Shown: positions 1 to 12,980 of the stretch, piece by piece
How the letters are laid out: every line of letters begins with the position of its first letter
Position numbering within the stretch: the stretch's first letter is position 1
DNA from: Narcine bancroftii
Lineage: Eukaryota
Length of the DNA stretch: 64,000 bases
Direction of reading: 5' to 3'
Assembly: GCF_036971445.1 (NCBI RefSeq)
Contig: NC_091472.1
Coordinates: forward strand, 83,886,001-83,950,000
Program-made: the position numbers and the translations under genes
The notes under the pieces: model-generated
Databases searched by the model: none
Seen by the model: the letters and a program-made list of their open reading frames with translations, nothing else
Told to the model about the DNA's origin: nothing

Positions 1-351
1 TTCTGTGCTACGCCGTTTTATGTTCAGATTCCAGCATCTGCAGCCTCTCATGTGTTATTTCAACACTACTGGCATCCCCTCTGAAATAGGTCTTCCTTCT
101 TGTACTTTACTTCCATACTTCACACTAACCTTCCCTATGTCTCTGCATTTGATTTGGACTGATAAATCCCTCATTTTTCTCAGTTCTGAAGTTCGTTGAC
201 TGGAAACCTTAGCCTTAACCAAAGGGGACAGGTGAAACGGTCACTCAATCCCTCAGTTCAGCACGTTAGTGGCCCACTGCTGCGCTCATCTTGGGTCTTG
301 TGGCAGAGCAAGAGTTCAGGTGTCAGACAGAAGCAAGTAGGGTTCACTCAC

Positions 352-450
352 TGATAAATCTTTCTGAAAGTAGTTCTCCAGATAATCCTGCTGCACAAAC
401 CTCATCATGGAGTGCTTGCGGCACAAACTTTGAAGTGAATTGTTTGGATA
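352..450 (-). CDS. Candidate internal exon of an unidentified host gene (99 nt)
   Basis: Minus strand has acceptor ttctgtatAG, 99 nt, then donor GTGAGT, in non-repeat sequence. Open in phase 0 (YPNNSLQSLCRKHSMMRFVQQDYLENYFQKDLS) and in phase 1 (SKQFTSKFVPQALHDEVCAAGLSGELLSERFI). Protein not recognised. Confidence 0.4.
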
Positions 451-1099
451 CTATACAGAAATGATAGTGAATTTTCTCTAATTTTTAATCATTATAAATG
501 GAAACAAAGTAAACTTAATCGACTCAGCTGCAGTAAATAGATCCAGATAAATTGATGGCTTTGATGTGGCAGTGTAACTGAAAGTTCAACAGAAGGTTAC
601 TTGGTGTGAAATTTCAGTTGCTATAAAGTTAACCAAAGACAAATAAATGACAAAGATCCAATAATAACAAGCAAAGAGGATTAAATTTATTCCCTGCAAT
701 TCCAGATAAATATAAAGATCTGTGACTGACAGGATGACATTAAAATTACTCTTTTGCCCTCAGAGGGTAAAGCAATATGTTGATTTTTTTTTCCTGTCTC
801 ACCTACTATTGTTGATGAAATGCAAACAATTTCCTCAGTATTTAATAGCTGTTAAATCCAACTATTTACTGTTCAACCCTGGCAATTGATTCACAGAGAG
901 CTTCAAGTTTAAGAATGATCCTAAACCAACTCTCACACCTGCCTTTGAATATTCCACTCTTGTTCCATCAATCTGTATTAGGTTCTAATAATCCCATTTT
1001 CTGCAGAGCACAATGCAATCATTTGTTACCAATGCAAAATATTATTTGAAATATAAACTTACTCATCTTTATTACTCAAAAAACAAAGAGGATAGAGAG

Positions 1100-1675
1100 G
1101 AAGGCAAGCGGCACATGATAGAGAGGATGTTTTGTGGCATATTTGGCTCCATTGATGGGGCGCTGAGCGCATATGGCATACTTGCCTTCAATGGTTGGGG
1201 CATTAAGTATGAAAATCATGAGGTCACGTCGCAGCTATTTAACACTTTGGTCAGCCCACGTTTGGAGTATTGTGTGCGATTCTAGTTGTCCCATTACAGG
1301 GAGGATGTGGAGGCTTTGGAGAGGATGCAGAAGAGGTTAGCCAGGATGTTGCCTGGATTACATAATATTAACTATAAGGAAAGATTAGGCAAAGTAGATT
1401 GTTTTCTTTGGAGCATTAGAGAATAAGGGCAAGCTAATAGAAGGCTATGAAATCATGTGATGCTTAAAAGGGCAGATAATAAGAGCCTTTTTCTTTACTA
1501 GAAAGGTTAAATTGTTGTGGGTATAGCTTTAAGATGTGAGAGGGGAAAAGTTTATAGCTAAGGCAAGTTTTTTTTATACATAGAAGGTGGTAGAGCCTGC
1601 ATCGTACTACCTGGGATAAGTGGTAGAAGCAGATATACTATCCATATTTTTAGAAACATGTAGGCAGAGACATAT
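1100..1675 (+). mobile_element. CR1 LINE 3' ORF2 fragment, decayed
   Basis: Translation AYGILAF..GIKY..EV..QLFNTLVSPRLEYCVRF followed by ALERMQKRLARMLPGL, typical of the CR1 RT C-terminus. Confidence 0.85.
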
Positions 1676-1689
1676 ATATCCAGGGAATC

Positions 1690-2139
1690 AGCCACCATTA
1701 TGTCAACCATAAGGGTGGCAGAGAGGATCACTGAAGTGCCCTTCCCCCCCTGCATCGGTGTGATCTACTGGGATCGTCTGAAAATTATTGAGGACCCTCT
1801 CCACCCCACACACTACATCTTTTATCTGCTCCCATCAGGAAAGAGATACAGGACTATCAGAGCCAGAACCATGAGGATGAGGAACAAGTTCTTACCACAG
1901 GCAGTGAGAATGCTGAACAACCAAAGAAACTTCACATGAACCTCCTGAGACTCTCATATTCATGAAACAATATTTATTTATATATTTGTATATATATATG
2001 AATAATTGTCCTACATATGTATTGTTTGCCTGTATGTGCTGTGCTTGGTTGTGTGTCTGCGTGTTTTGCACCAAGGACCAGAGTACGCTGTTTCATTGGG
2101 TTGTACTTGAGCAATCAGATGGCAATAAACTTGACTTGA
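1690..2139 (+). mobile_element. Rex1/Babar-type LINE 3' end
   Basis: IIEDPLHPTH..FYLLPSGKRYRTIRARTMRMRNKFLPQAVRMLN, then a 3' UTR ending AATAAActtgacttgaa. Confidence 0.85.
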
Positions 2140-2140
2140 A

Positions 2141-2266
2141 TCCCATTCATTTTTGGAGGGTGTGAGGAAACCGGAGCACCCAGAGAAAACCCATGCAGTC
2201 ACAGCACTGGATTTGAACCCGGGTCGCTGGCACTACTAAGGAATTATGCAAACTGCTATGCTGCCC
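2141..2266 (-). mobile_element. tRNA-derived HE1/V-type SINE, partial
   Basis: Reverse complement of the V-domain (ggaaaccggagcacccagagaaaacccatgcagtcac) and of a B-box (ggatttgaaccc). Confidence 0.75.
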
Positions 2267-2859
2267 ATGAACACAATTAAAGCCAAAGGCATTATATTTA
2301 GCTAAGTCTTGCTTCAAGCTGTAGTTTAGAGAGTGGGATATGGTAGCTTTCCAAGGCAACTTGATTGTGGAGTAGGTGCTCTGCACAACCACATTTCTTC
2401 AGGGCAGGGAAAAGCAGGCAAGAACGGCAGACAACCCTGGCATCTGTATAAAGAATGATAGATTTGTGCACCTTGCAACCTTGCAACCCAACACGTGGAG
2501 TTTTCAGTTCTCACATGACATTTGGGTATCTTTTCATCTTGAGGCAGAATTATATTTTTAAACTACAGCTGTTTAACAGGCTCGCCCATGGAAGAATCAA
2601 CATTGGTAATTAACTAAAAATACAAGCTTGTCTGAGCGACCAATATTTTTCCTAATCATTGCATTTTTGATAAGCTTTGTTACAAGCTATTGTCTAATTG
2701 GTGCAAAGTACAAAATGCAATATACAGTATATGACAGATTATGATAGAAATTGTAAACCTAACTGAACTGATTACATGGAAGGGAAAACATGTTGCTTTC
2801 AGTTGCAAATGATTGGAAATATTTTATTTAATTGGTATTGTGATCATCAACTTCAGGGG

Positions 2860-3510
2860 AAAGGGCAGAGACCACACCCTGTCCACAATAATGACACTAA
2901 AGTCAGAAGAGTAGATACAGTCGTTTAATGTTCTTCGCAATAAACATCTTCAATGATCTGACCTGAGACAAACATGTTCATGCAGCAGTCAGAAAAACAC
3001 TGACACCTCTACTTTCTAAAAAGATGAAGGAAATTTCGCATGTCCAGCTTGTCCCTCAACAACTTGCAAATCACAGAGTGATATGGAGTTGCTTTGCAGA
3101 AGAATCCAATGCAGCTCATTATATCACGTCAACTTCTCTCCTCTCTATGCTTTCCATCTGTAACCCCTACTGCTTAGGAAAGGATGGCAACGTGCTGAAA
3201 GACCCATTGCACCCCAAATACACTCTCCTTTCTTTCTATCCTCTCATATGGGAAAAGGGCTTAAGAGTGTAAATATGTGCAACAAAGGACATAAAGACAA
3301 TTTCTTAGATGCAGCCATAAGCCTCTTGATGAACCCCACAACATACTGCCCTTGTTTGGAACTAACTGATCTTTTTCCCCCCATTGTACTCTATGCTCTG
3401 TAAATATTGCTCCATTTTATATGGCTGTATGAATGTTAGAACTGATCTTTTAGAATACTTGCAGAAGAATCATTGACCCTGTGTCAGGTATAATGTGATA
3501 TAGAAACAAA
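2860..3510 (+). mobile_element. Old Rex1/Babar-type LINE fragment
   Basis: Decayed ..LYFLKKMKEI.. and ..VLKDPLHPKYTLLS.. motifs, collinear with the other Rex1 copies in the window. Confidence 0.65.
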
Positions 3511-4754
3511 TGTAAAACATGAAATAAATGGAGATAGATTGCAAAATAAATTAAATGTTACTGCACCCAAGTAACAAAAAGCACTTTGACTGAATCATCG
3601 GATAATGTTGCACAACTGATATTACTTAAACCAAGTAATAAGTAGCTGTGAAAAGTAAATAGGTATATTGAAGCAAAGATGAAGTTATTGCAATTTTTTG
3701 CTTAATCTTTTATTTTGATGTTCTGGAAAATTCATGATCAAACAAATTCCTCACCACATTAAAACTGGAACAGGATCCATAAACAGATATAAATTTAAAA
3801 CAGATATTTTGGTCACAAGGAAGGAAGGATAGCTTATTTTTTTTTAATCATGTGTTTTGAAACAATATTTTTGAATATTCTGAAGTGCTTTAAGCATTTT
3901 GGCTGTTTTACAAAGATTTCAGTAATTTTAAATAATTAAGTCTTTTTGAATTTTAATTGTATTTTTAAGCCTTCTAAATTTAAACGATTACATCACTGTT
4001 GGTGCTGGAACCCGTAGAATAGGAAGTAGATGCTTTCACTATATGTTTATTCTTACATTTACAAATAAGGTCATGGCTACAAAATTTCTCCAATTTGCCA
4101 GTGATTCTAGGTAATGAGCCTCAATTGGCAAACTCTTATCAATGAACAAGCCATTTGATCCAAAGGATCGAATTCTTTGTCTCCCATTGAAGTCTGTATT
4201 CACCCCTTTCTGTGTTGGCTAGCGTCTCGTGCTCTTTTCTCCCCAGCTTTCCCTTCAATGCAGCCATGTTCATCAAAATGATGAACACCCATATTCCCAC
4301 TACTCAGTAAGCAAATTTTCTCCCAAATTCCCAATTCAATTTATTTGTGATCACCTGCTTTCATATTCCTCTAGAAATGAAAATGTTGTCTTTACATCTA
4401 CTCTATCAAACCTTTCCTAATCTACAGACCACAACTGGTCATCCACAGCATCAACATTGCTTTGTAAAAAAAAGCTGCAGCCTATTCAAGTGTTTCTCAT
4501 ATAACTACAAATCCTTTGAAAGCACGAATTGGATGAAGTAATGTCAAATTAAGTGAATTTTTTTCTCTCACTTCTGTCAAATTATGAGAGGCACAGGTGT
4601 GGTAGACAGTGAGAAATCCTCTTTCCAAGAGAAAAATGTCAAATACTTTAGGATATGCATTTAAAGTGGGGTGGGGGTGTTTAAAGGAGACATGCATGAA
4701 AAATAATAGTCTTCCTGGAACAGCCTGCCTGGCTTGACAGCACACGAGCAGCCA

Positions 4755-5065
4755 GAAAATTGGAGCAGGAGTAGACCCCAGGGCCCTCAAGCTCTCCTAC
4801 CATTCAATATGATGGTCGATCTACCCCAGGCCCCATCATATTTTCTGGAACAGATCCCTCAATTCTCCACTCTAAATATTTCCACTGGTCTTGCTTTTGC
4901 AACTCGCTGGGGTAGAAAATTCCTGAGATTCACTGCCCCTCTGTAAGAAAAAAAATCTACTCGTCGATTTTAAATGCCCAACTCTTATGTTGAAGCTCTA
5001 CCCCACTTGTGTAAACTATCCTGTCATGCCCCCTCAGGATTTCACATTTCTCACTAAGATCACCC
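4755..5065 (-). mobile_element. CR1 LINE 3' tail fragment
   Basis: Begins with the reverse-complemented CR1 tail (ggagcaggagtagacc..ggccctcaag..ccattcaatatgat). Confidence 0.65.
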
Positions 5066-6309
5066 CTAATGCTGTTATTCATCTGGGTGTGGAGGATAGT
5101 GAAGCAACTAAGAAATACCCATATCCTCCGAATCTTGAACCCTTCTGCTTCTCCTTCCCCTCAGAATGGAAAATGTCTGATCTCACATGACCTCTGTACA
5201 AGTGCAAGCAACAATTTGAGGATAGGGATTGGCAAAGAATAGCACATTCTTTGGAATTATAGAAATGTCTAACTTATTGAAGTTAAAAGTGAAAATGCAG
5301 CAGGAATTCCAAATCTAGACTCCACTCAAACATTCTTGGGTTGATGTACATGCCTCTATTAAGAAATGTGTGATTGAGAGAGGATACATAAACATTTTTT
5401 ATTTCTGGAAAGAGTTACAGACTTCAATACAAATTCCTTTGAAAGAAGAACAAACCCTATAAAAAGTCAAATTTACCTACCACATCTAAAATTAATGTTA
5501 TTTTTGAATGTCAGCTAAGCCACCAGTTCCCATCATTTCTGCATGTCAACCATTAGACCATCCCTTCATAGGAGAAACACAGGAACACCCTGATCTCCAG
5601 CTTAGACCTTCCATTTACTAGTGAGCTTTTCACAAAAATATGTGACACAGAAAGAAGGTACGTAATTTAACTTCCACTGGATTTTCATCAGTCACCACCA
5701 ACCCAAAATTCATAGCCTCATTATTTCTAACATTTCATCGACAGAGGATGTTGACTTTGAAAGGCAGTTAAAAATTTCTGCCTTCACCACACTTTTGGAG
5801 AAGATATCACAAATGCAAACTCTGGAGACCACACCTTTAAAGATTTGGGGCTGTTCTACTGATTTGCAGGGATTGCTAGCAATGACAAGTGCAACCAGCA
5901 TGCTGAGAAGCCCATCAATACAAGTTAGACTGCCAAAAAAGCCAGTGTGGACTCGCTGAGCCCTGTGTTTCACAACAGACCTATCAAATCCTCCAATTAT
6001 GTACCTCTATTATGACATTATATGCCTCACTTAAATCTCCATGAGAAGGTTAAAAAAAAAAACCCTCACTAAAAGTAGATTGACTCAAACGCAAAATTCA
6101 CTGCAAATGCCAATAATTTTTCAATAAAACCTGGAGGTCGCCAAACCAGCTTCCAATCAGAAGATTGAGGGAAATAATAAAAAAAATAAAGTCTGTTTTC
6201 TATGACTTCACAAAGGTGGAGGTAATTTTTACTTTCCTGACAACTATTGACAATTATATACACAGCAGTAAACACGTGTCAAGATGTAGTTCTGCAGTGA
6301 CAACATTCA

Positions 6310-7710
6310 ACCCAAGATGAATGTTCAACTTTTTCCTCTTTGCTGCTAACTTTCACCTCAGCCTCAAATTCACTTGGTCCATCTCTGGAAACACTTTCCT
6401 CTTTCTCAATCTCTGTCTCCTTCTCAGGAGGCAAACTTACATTTTCTATTTTTTTTAATATCAGATGTATAGAAAATATAGATTTTTTTTACAAACCTAC
6501 CAACTTACAGTTACCTCAACTGCATCTCATTGCACCTTGACTCCTGCAAGGATTCTATTCCTTCCTTTCTCTTCCTCCATCACATCAGCTCCCAGGATGA
6601 GGTCTTTCATTGCAGAACATCAGAGATGTCCTCCTTCTTCCAAAAAAATGTGGCTTCTCCTCTACTGCCAATCTCTCAGTGATTACACGCATCTCCACTA
6701 TTTCTGACACATCTGTCCTGGCCTCTTCAACCTTAAAGCACAACAAAGACAGGATTCTTCTTGTCCTTACCTATCACCTCTACATCATCGACATCCATCA
6801 TATACTCTGCAATTTCCTTCAGTACAAAATTATCCCACCACAAGTTATATAATTCCCTCTCCATTTTCTGCAGAGACAGCTTCCTCCAGGACTCCCTCAT
6901 CCACTCGTACCTTCTGACTAATTGGCCCTTCAATACCTTTGATCACAATAAATGATATACATGCACCAACCTCCCTCACCACATTTTGGGACCCCAATCA
7001 TTGCTTTCAAGTGAATCAACACTTGTGAATCTATAGGAGTCATCTACTGCATCTGGTGCTACTGTTGTGGTCTCTTCTACATCGGAGAGACTGGGCGCAG
7101 ACTGGGAGATTGTTTTATTGAACACCTTCGCTTTGTCTGCAGCAATGGCCAACCATTTTAATTCCACACTCCATTTCTACACCGACACATCTACTCTTGG
7201 CCTCATCCACTGCCAAATAGAGGTTATCTACAACTGGAGAACCAACACCTAATATTCCATCTGGGGATTCTCCAGCCAGATGGTATTAATAGTGACTTCT
7301 TCATTTTCTGTTAAAACCTTCCCCTCGAGTTTCTCTTTTCCCCCTATCCCTCCATTCTCCATTCCTCCAGCTCCCCACCCACTTCCATTCCCTCTCCATT
7401 CAGAGAGCTACATCTCTCACTTTCACTTCTCAGTTTTTTTTTGTCTTCCATCCTCTCACCCATATCCATCTCAGACCTCTTACCCGTTAACCTGTATTTC
7501 TTCCCCTGTCCCTTCCTCCATCCTCTCCTCCTCCCACATTTATATTCATACACCTGCCTACTTTTTCCTCATACCTTGCCGAAGGACTCAGGCCTGGAAA
7601 GTTGGTTACCCTTTTACTTCCTGTGGATGCTGCGTGAACTGCTAAGTTTCTCCAGCACTTTTGTGCATTGCACTACAATCACAGCGTCTGCAGACTTTCC
7701 TGTTTAACTT
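6310..7710 (+). mobile_element. Penelope-like element (RT C-terminus, GIY-YIG endonuclease and 3' repeat), decayed
   Basis: FAANFHLSLKFTWSIS, FYKPTN, NKDRILLVLTYH and GVIYCIWC..CGLFYIGETGRRLGDCFIEH (GIY-YIG). Then a pyrimidine-rich tract and the tail ..tttctccagcacttttgtg..ctgcagactttcctgtttaact. Confidence 0.9.
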
Positions 7711-8090
7711 GCTTTTGGTCAACATCTTTGACAAAATGGTGCATAAAGAGGCATTTCACAGGGAATGTTATCAGAAAATAACTTCAACTAGCTTTGTTAT
7801 CATTTAGGTATGTTATTAATATTCTGGACACACAATCTATTCAACTACACCAATCGGAATGAATAACATCACAGTTATAGCAATAAAATCGGTTTTTTCA
7901 CCCTTAAAAATGACAAATTTCCACAAAAAAAAATCATTTATCCTGCCTTCAGCCTCCAAGAATATAGTTAGTGGATTGAACAGTAAAGGAATGCCATAAC
8001 CTCAAGTGTGATGCTCACTATAAGAAAGTTCATCCACTGGACAGTATTTGCCAGTTATTGGTCATTCAAATAGTGTGCACTCCCAGAATC

Positions 8091-8249
8091 TGTGGTGATA
8101 GATTGTTAGTGACTACTAACCACTAGAGGGATTCGGAGATTAATGCTGCACCTCGGTTAGATGCAAAAAAAAAATGGATGCACCACGAGATCGCGAGATG
8201 TTAATATAAAAGAACTAAAGTTTATTTATTTCTTGAAAGAAAAATCACA
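8091..8249 (+). repeat. 5' LTR of the Gypsy element at 8091-13277
   Basis: TG...CA ends. Shares tgtggtgata, tagaggga, aaaatgg, aatataaaagaac and aaagaaa..atcaca with 13149-13277. Confidence 0.9.
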
Positions 8250-8258
8250 TGGTACCAG
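8250..8258 (+). promoter_or_regulatory. Primer-binding site, tRNA-Leu(UAA)-like
   Basis: TGGTACCAG immediately after the LTR is complementary to a tRNA 3' end ..CUGGUACCA, as recalled for vertebrate tRNA-Leu(UAA). Confidence 0.7.
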
Positions 8259-8266
8259 CATGAAAC

Positions 8267-11200
8267 ATGGAGAGTGTAAAGGATGCTGGCACTGTGAATT
8301 AGACTGGTAACGTTGACCATGAGTGGCAGTTGATCTGCAAACCATTGGACTTCAGAGCAAACCGAATACATGGAAGAGTATACAGCTACTTACCATGGTG
8401 GGGCCTCAAGCACTAGAAGATTTCAACACATTTGTTTTTGCCAAGGCAGATGATCGGGGCAAGTTCAACAAGGTTATCGAGATGTTTGATGAACAATGCT
8501 CACCAAAGAAAAATGAAATATTCCAGATGTAAGTGTTTCACATGCACACATAGCTGCAGGCAGAGCGCTTTGATACTTTCTTAATAGACTTGAAATTAAA
8601 AGCAAGAACATGCAATTTTGGATAACTGTAAGATTCAATGATCTGTGATCAAATTATGTTCAGGATTATTGATAAAAGAAGTGAGAGAGGTTGCTACAAG
8701 AGACAGGGCTTACCTTAGCTGGAGAGGTGAAGATATGCCACGCCAGTGAATTAGCTCTGCAGTAAGCGAAAAAGTTTGGTGAGAATGCAAAATGCACATA
8801 TAACAGAGAACGAGACATAGGAAACAACAAAAAGATGGAGAGACATTCAATTGTACACGACCTGGCACTCAACATGCACCAAAACAATGATAACAAGTGC
8901 AAAGGGCAGAATCACTATGCAAAGCAATATTTTTCCAAAGGGAAACAAAACAGAAGTGAAAGTGTGCACACTATAGAAGAAACTGCCTTTAGTGTTACAT
9001 TCTTCGAGGGTAAGGTAGCACAAGGTTTCAAACCAACAGACACTGAACAGCCAAATGTAAACGGAGTTGAGTAAGACAAGTGGACTGTGTCATTGCATGT
9101 AAATGGATCAAATATTCCTTTCAAGCTGGACTCGGCCAAAGTCCAATTTGATCTGTAAGGGCGGCATCGGGGAAATGAAGATAAAGCCATACATCCATCC
9201 AAATTCTGTTTATCTCAAGGTCTACAATGGACAGCGCATTGACATGAAAGGTACATGTAGACTAAAAGTGAAAGTTAAAGGTAAAGAGCACCTTTATCTT
9301 TTGTAGTAGCCCAATGTGGGCATTAATCACTGCTTGGAGACAAAGCATGTGAAAATGTAAGCCTAGTCAAGAGGGTGTATCGCATTACAGCACCAATGCA
9401 CTGAACAGCATAGAGGAAATACTGAATCAAATTCCAGACATCTTCAAGGGGTTTGGAGTTCTACCATTCACCTATAAGATGCAGTTAAAAGAGGATATAC
9501 AGCCAGTAGTGCATCCCCCAAAGCAGATTCCAGCACCACTAAAAGAAAAGCTCAAGCAGGAACTTGGCTGACTGGCATCACAAGGGGTCATAAAGAAAGT
9601 GTAGGAGATCACAGAATGGGTGAATTCAATGGTGTGTCAAAAAGAAGAATGGTGACCTACGCGTGTGTATGGACCCAAAAGATTGGAATGCCAATATAAA
9701 GAGGGAACATTATCAGATTCTAACCAGGGATGAAATTACAAGCGAGATGGCCAGAGAAACATTTTTCACTAAATTGGATGCATTCCAAGGATCCTGGCAA
9801 ATAAAATTGCATCAAGATAGCACAAAATACTGAACATTCAATAAACTGTTTGGCTGATACCCATTTAAGGATGTCTTTTGGATATTTTTTCAACTCCTGA
9901 AATGTTCCAAAGGACAATGGAGCTCATCATAGAAAGCAATAAATGGGATGCATGTGTATATGGATGACATGATCCAATGGGGATCTACACAGGAATAACA
10001 CAACGACAGGGTCATCAAAGTGTTACAATGCATCTAGAAGTGTGGATTAAAGCTAAATAGAGCAAAATATCAGTTTGGTGTGAAGGAAATCACCTTTCTG
10101 AGATATAAGCTGTTGATCGCAGGTATGGAGCCAGACAAGAACAAGGTTAAACCAATTTAGTGAAGCCCAGAACCACAGACAAAAAGGGAATATTGAGAGT
10201 TCTGGGAATTATCAATTTCATTGGTAAATTCATACCAAGCCTGTCTTCCGAAAGAATGTACCTGAGGAAGTTGTTACGTGTTAAATGTGAATTCACGGGG
10301 ACAGACATCCACGAGAAAGAATGGAGATGACTGAAGATCATTCTAACTACAGAATCAATGCTTTTGATGTTCCTTAACCTATCCAGAAGGACAAAAATAT
10401 CTACAAATGCTTCAAAAGTTGGAATAGGTGCCGTACTACTTTACACTGTACGAGAAGATTGGAAGCCAGTTGCATATGGATCAAGGACAATGGCCACATC
10501 TAAATGTCGATATGTGCAGATAGAGAAAGTGTCCCTAGGTCAGGTCTATGGATTCGAGAAATTCTACAGTTATGCGTATGGTCTACCAACATTTGTGGTA
10601 GAGTCAGACCACATATCATTAAGAGCAATAATCAAGAAAATTTTCAGTGAAATGTCGCCAAGAACCCAAAGACTGATGATGAAGCTACAATGTTATGACT
10701 TTGAATTGGTGTACACACCAGGGAAACTTATTGTGTTGGCTGATGCATTGTCCAGGGCAATGGCGCAGAGTGAACCACATAATGAGAGTTCCACAGAAAC
10801 ATATGTGAATTTCCATGTGAACCTGATCACTGAATCTCTTCCCATATCTGGCATGAAATCCAAGCAGATCCCAGCTGAAACAAAAAAGGACATAGTTCTA
10901 CAGAGGTCATCAAGAATCTGAATGAATGTCTTAGTGTTGAATGTCAGCAATATTACAATATCAGAGCAGAGCTGAGTGTTTTCAATAGGCTTCTACTCAG
11001 ACAGAGCAGGATTATCATTCCTCAATCACTACAACATAATATGCTGAAAAGGATGCATGAGGGGCATCTTGGAATGGAAAATGCAAGAGGAGGGGCAGCA
11101 CTGCTATTTATTGGGCAGAGATAAATGCTGTCATTGACAGGATGGTTTCAAGCTGTGAGACCTGTCTGAAACATTTTGCAAAGCAGCCAAAGGAACCCAT

Positions 11201-12690
11201 GATCATAAATGACTTACCAGTGGAACCATGGCAGAAAGTTAGGACTGATCTGTTCCACCTGGATGGAAAGAATTATCCTATTTGATAGCAATATAAGACC
11301 CACGGGCATGTAAGACCATCACTCCATTTCAGGAGGGAATATTAAGAATTTTTTTAAAGTTTTTATGGGTAAGCATTTAATATTATTGAAATATGTAGCT
11401 ATAGTATAGCTGAAGTAAAACTTGGACAAAACATGCAACTTGGACAAAAGGAAAAATCTTTTTAATAATAATGACACTGCTGCAATTTACAGGAGAAAAC
11501 AAAAGCAGCTTAGCTATAGCAGAAAACATTTTATAAAAACAAACTGCTGCCTTCAGTCCCTGAGCTGGCCCGCCACCCTGCTCCCCTTCTGCAGGTCTAG
11601 TGCAGGGACCAGCGATGGGCCAACAGGAGCAGGGTGGCAGGAACAATGTGGGGACTGGTGGTGGACTGTTGGGTGGGAGTGGGGCAACAGAACCAGTGCG
11701 GACACTGACAGCAGGCTGCCAGTAGAGTCTTCCTCCAGCCCCTCAACAATAGATGGTGGTGATTCTAGTGAGCCAGGCAATGACGATGATCCCTATTGGT
11801 GTTACTCACCGTTATTACCCTTATTTCAACTTTGTGTATGAGACCCGGGGGGATATTTTTGAGCCATTTTTGAGGGAAAAAGCGGGTCTTGTATGCCATC
11901 ACATATGGTACTTGCTGGACATTGACCACCTATCAAACTATCCTGAGATGGTGCTGCTTCCTAACATGTCTGGTGCTTGAAGGATCAAATATATAAAAGT
12001 GTCAAGACATGGAATCCCTCAAGTGATAATGGACCATGCGACAGTTGTAGAGAATTCCAGAACTTTGCAGAAGAGTATGATTCTCACATGTGACTTCAAG
12101 TCCTCTGCATCCCTATTTAAATGGTAAAGCAGAGAAAGAAGTTCACAGTTAAACAGCTCCTCAAGAAAGCACTAGTCAATGGCTCAGATCCTTATTTAGC
12201 TCTGTTGAGTTATGGAGCTTCACCACTTGAACATGGTACATCACCCGCTAAGCCCTGATGAGACATAGACTATGCACCGCTCTTCCCTATTCTGCAGACC
12301 TAAACAAGAACAGAGATGTCAAATGGAAACAAAAGTGTCTGCAAAGGAGACAAAAAGCAAATTATAACAAGGCAGCAAGAAGCTTAGGGTCACTGGCCCA
12401 ACATGACACAGTGAGACTCAGAAATTCCAACACCTGGGACAAGAAGGCCACAGTTCTGGAGGAAGTAAATCCAAGATCCTACACTGTCAGAACAGAACAT
12501 GGTCAAATACTGAGGAGGAATCAAAAGAGCCTGCTGAAAACATGTAACACTGCAAGAACCGGCAACTGAAGAAGATCTAGCTTGCACACCAGTGCTAGAG
12601 AGTAATGGCCCAGCAGAGGCAACACATGCAACTGTGTTGAGAAGATCTATGTGCATTATCAAAGCACCAGACAGGCTGAATCTCAGAAAG
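8267..12690 (+). pseudogene. Disrupted gag-pol of the Gypsy element
   Basis: MESVK..TGNVDHEW start; zinc-knuckle relic KCKGQNHYAKQ; protease IPFKLDS; RT YMDD at 9957-9968; RNase H ASKVGIGAVL..IEK..LQCYDFELVYTPGK..ADALSR; integrase PWQKVRTDLFHLDGKNY. Many stops and frameshifts. Confidence 0.92.
11276..11908. mobile_element. Tc1/mariner-pogo-type MITE inserted in the Gypsy integrase
   Basis: TA on both flanks; imperfect TIRs tcctatttgatagcaatataagaccc / gggtcttgtatgccatcacatatgg. Removing it restores GKNYLLDIDHLSNYPEM. Confidence 0.9.
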
Positions 12691-12777
12691 AAAAAAAGAA
12701 ATGCACACAAAAAGTTTGAGCTGCTGATATTTATGCTTATGTTGGTGTTTAACTTTAAATTGAAATGAATACTGCAT

Positions 12778-12980
12778 TAACCATATAACCGTTTACAGCA
12801 CAGAAACAGGCCATGTTGGCCCTTCAAGTCTGTACTAGTTCACTTGAACAACTCCACTAGCTCCTCCACAAACTCCTGAGGAAGTAGAGGCTTTCTTCAT
12901 GATGCCATTGGTGTGTTGGTTCCAGGAAAGGTCTTCCGAGATAGTGACTCCCAAGAACCTACATTTGCTCATCCTCTCAG
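12778..12980 (-). mobile_element. Short LINE insertion in the Gypsy 3' UTR (Rex1-like coding piece with a CR1-like tail)
   Basis: aaccatataaccgtttacagcacagaaacaggcc is a reverse CR1-type tail. It is followed by aactcctgaggaagtagagg..ccaggaaaggtcttccgagatagtgactccca, matching the Rex1 copy around 44030. Confidence 0.65.

Noticed and set aside
2298-2445. Possible minus-strand exon after acceptor ttctttatacAG
   Set aside because: No convincing donor, all frames hit stops, and it shares gtaggtgctctgcac with about 25118-25132, suggesting a repeat.
10358-10921. 187-aa ORF as a stand-alone gene
   Set aside because: It is the RNase H segment of the decayed Gypsy pol, with the first catalytic Asp reading Asn.
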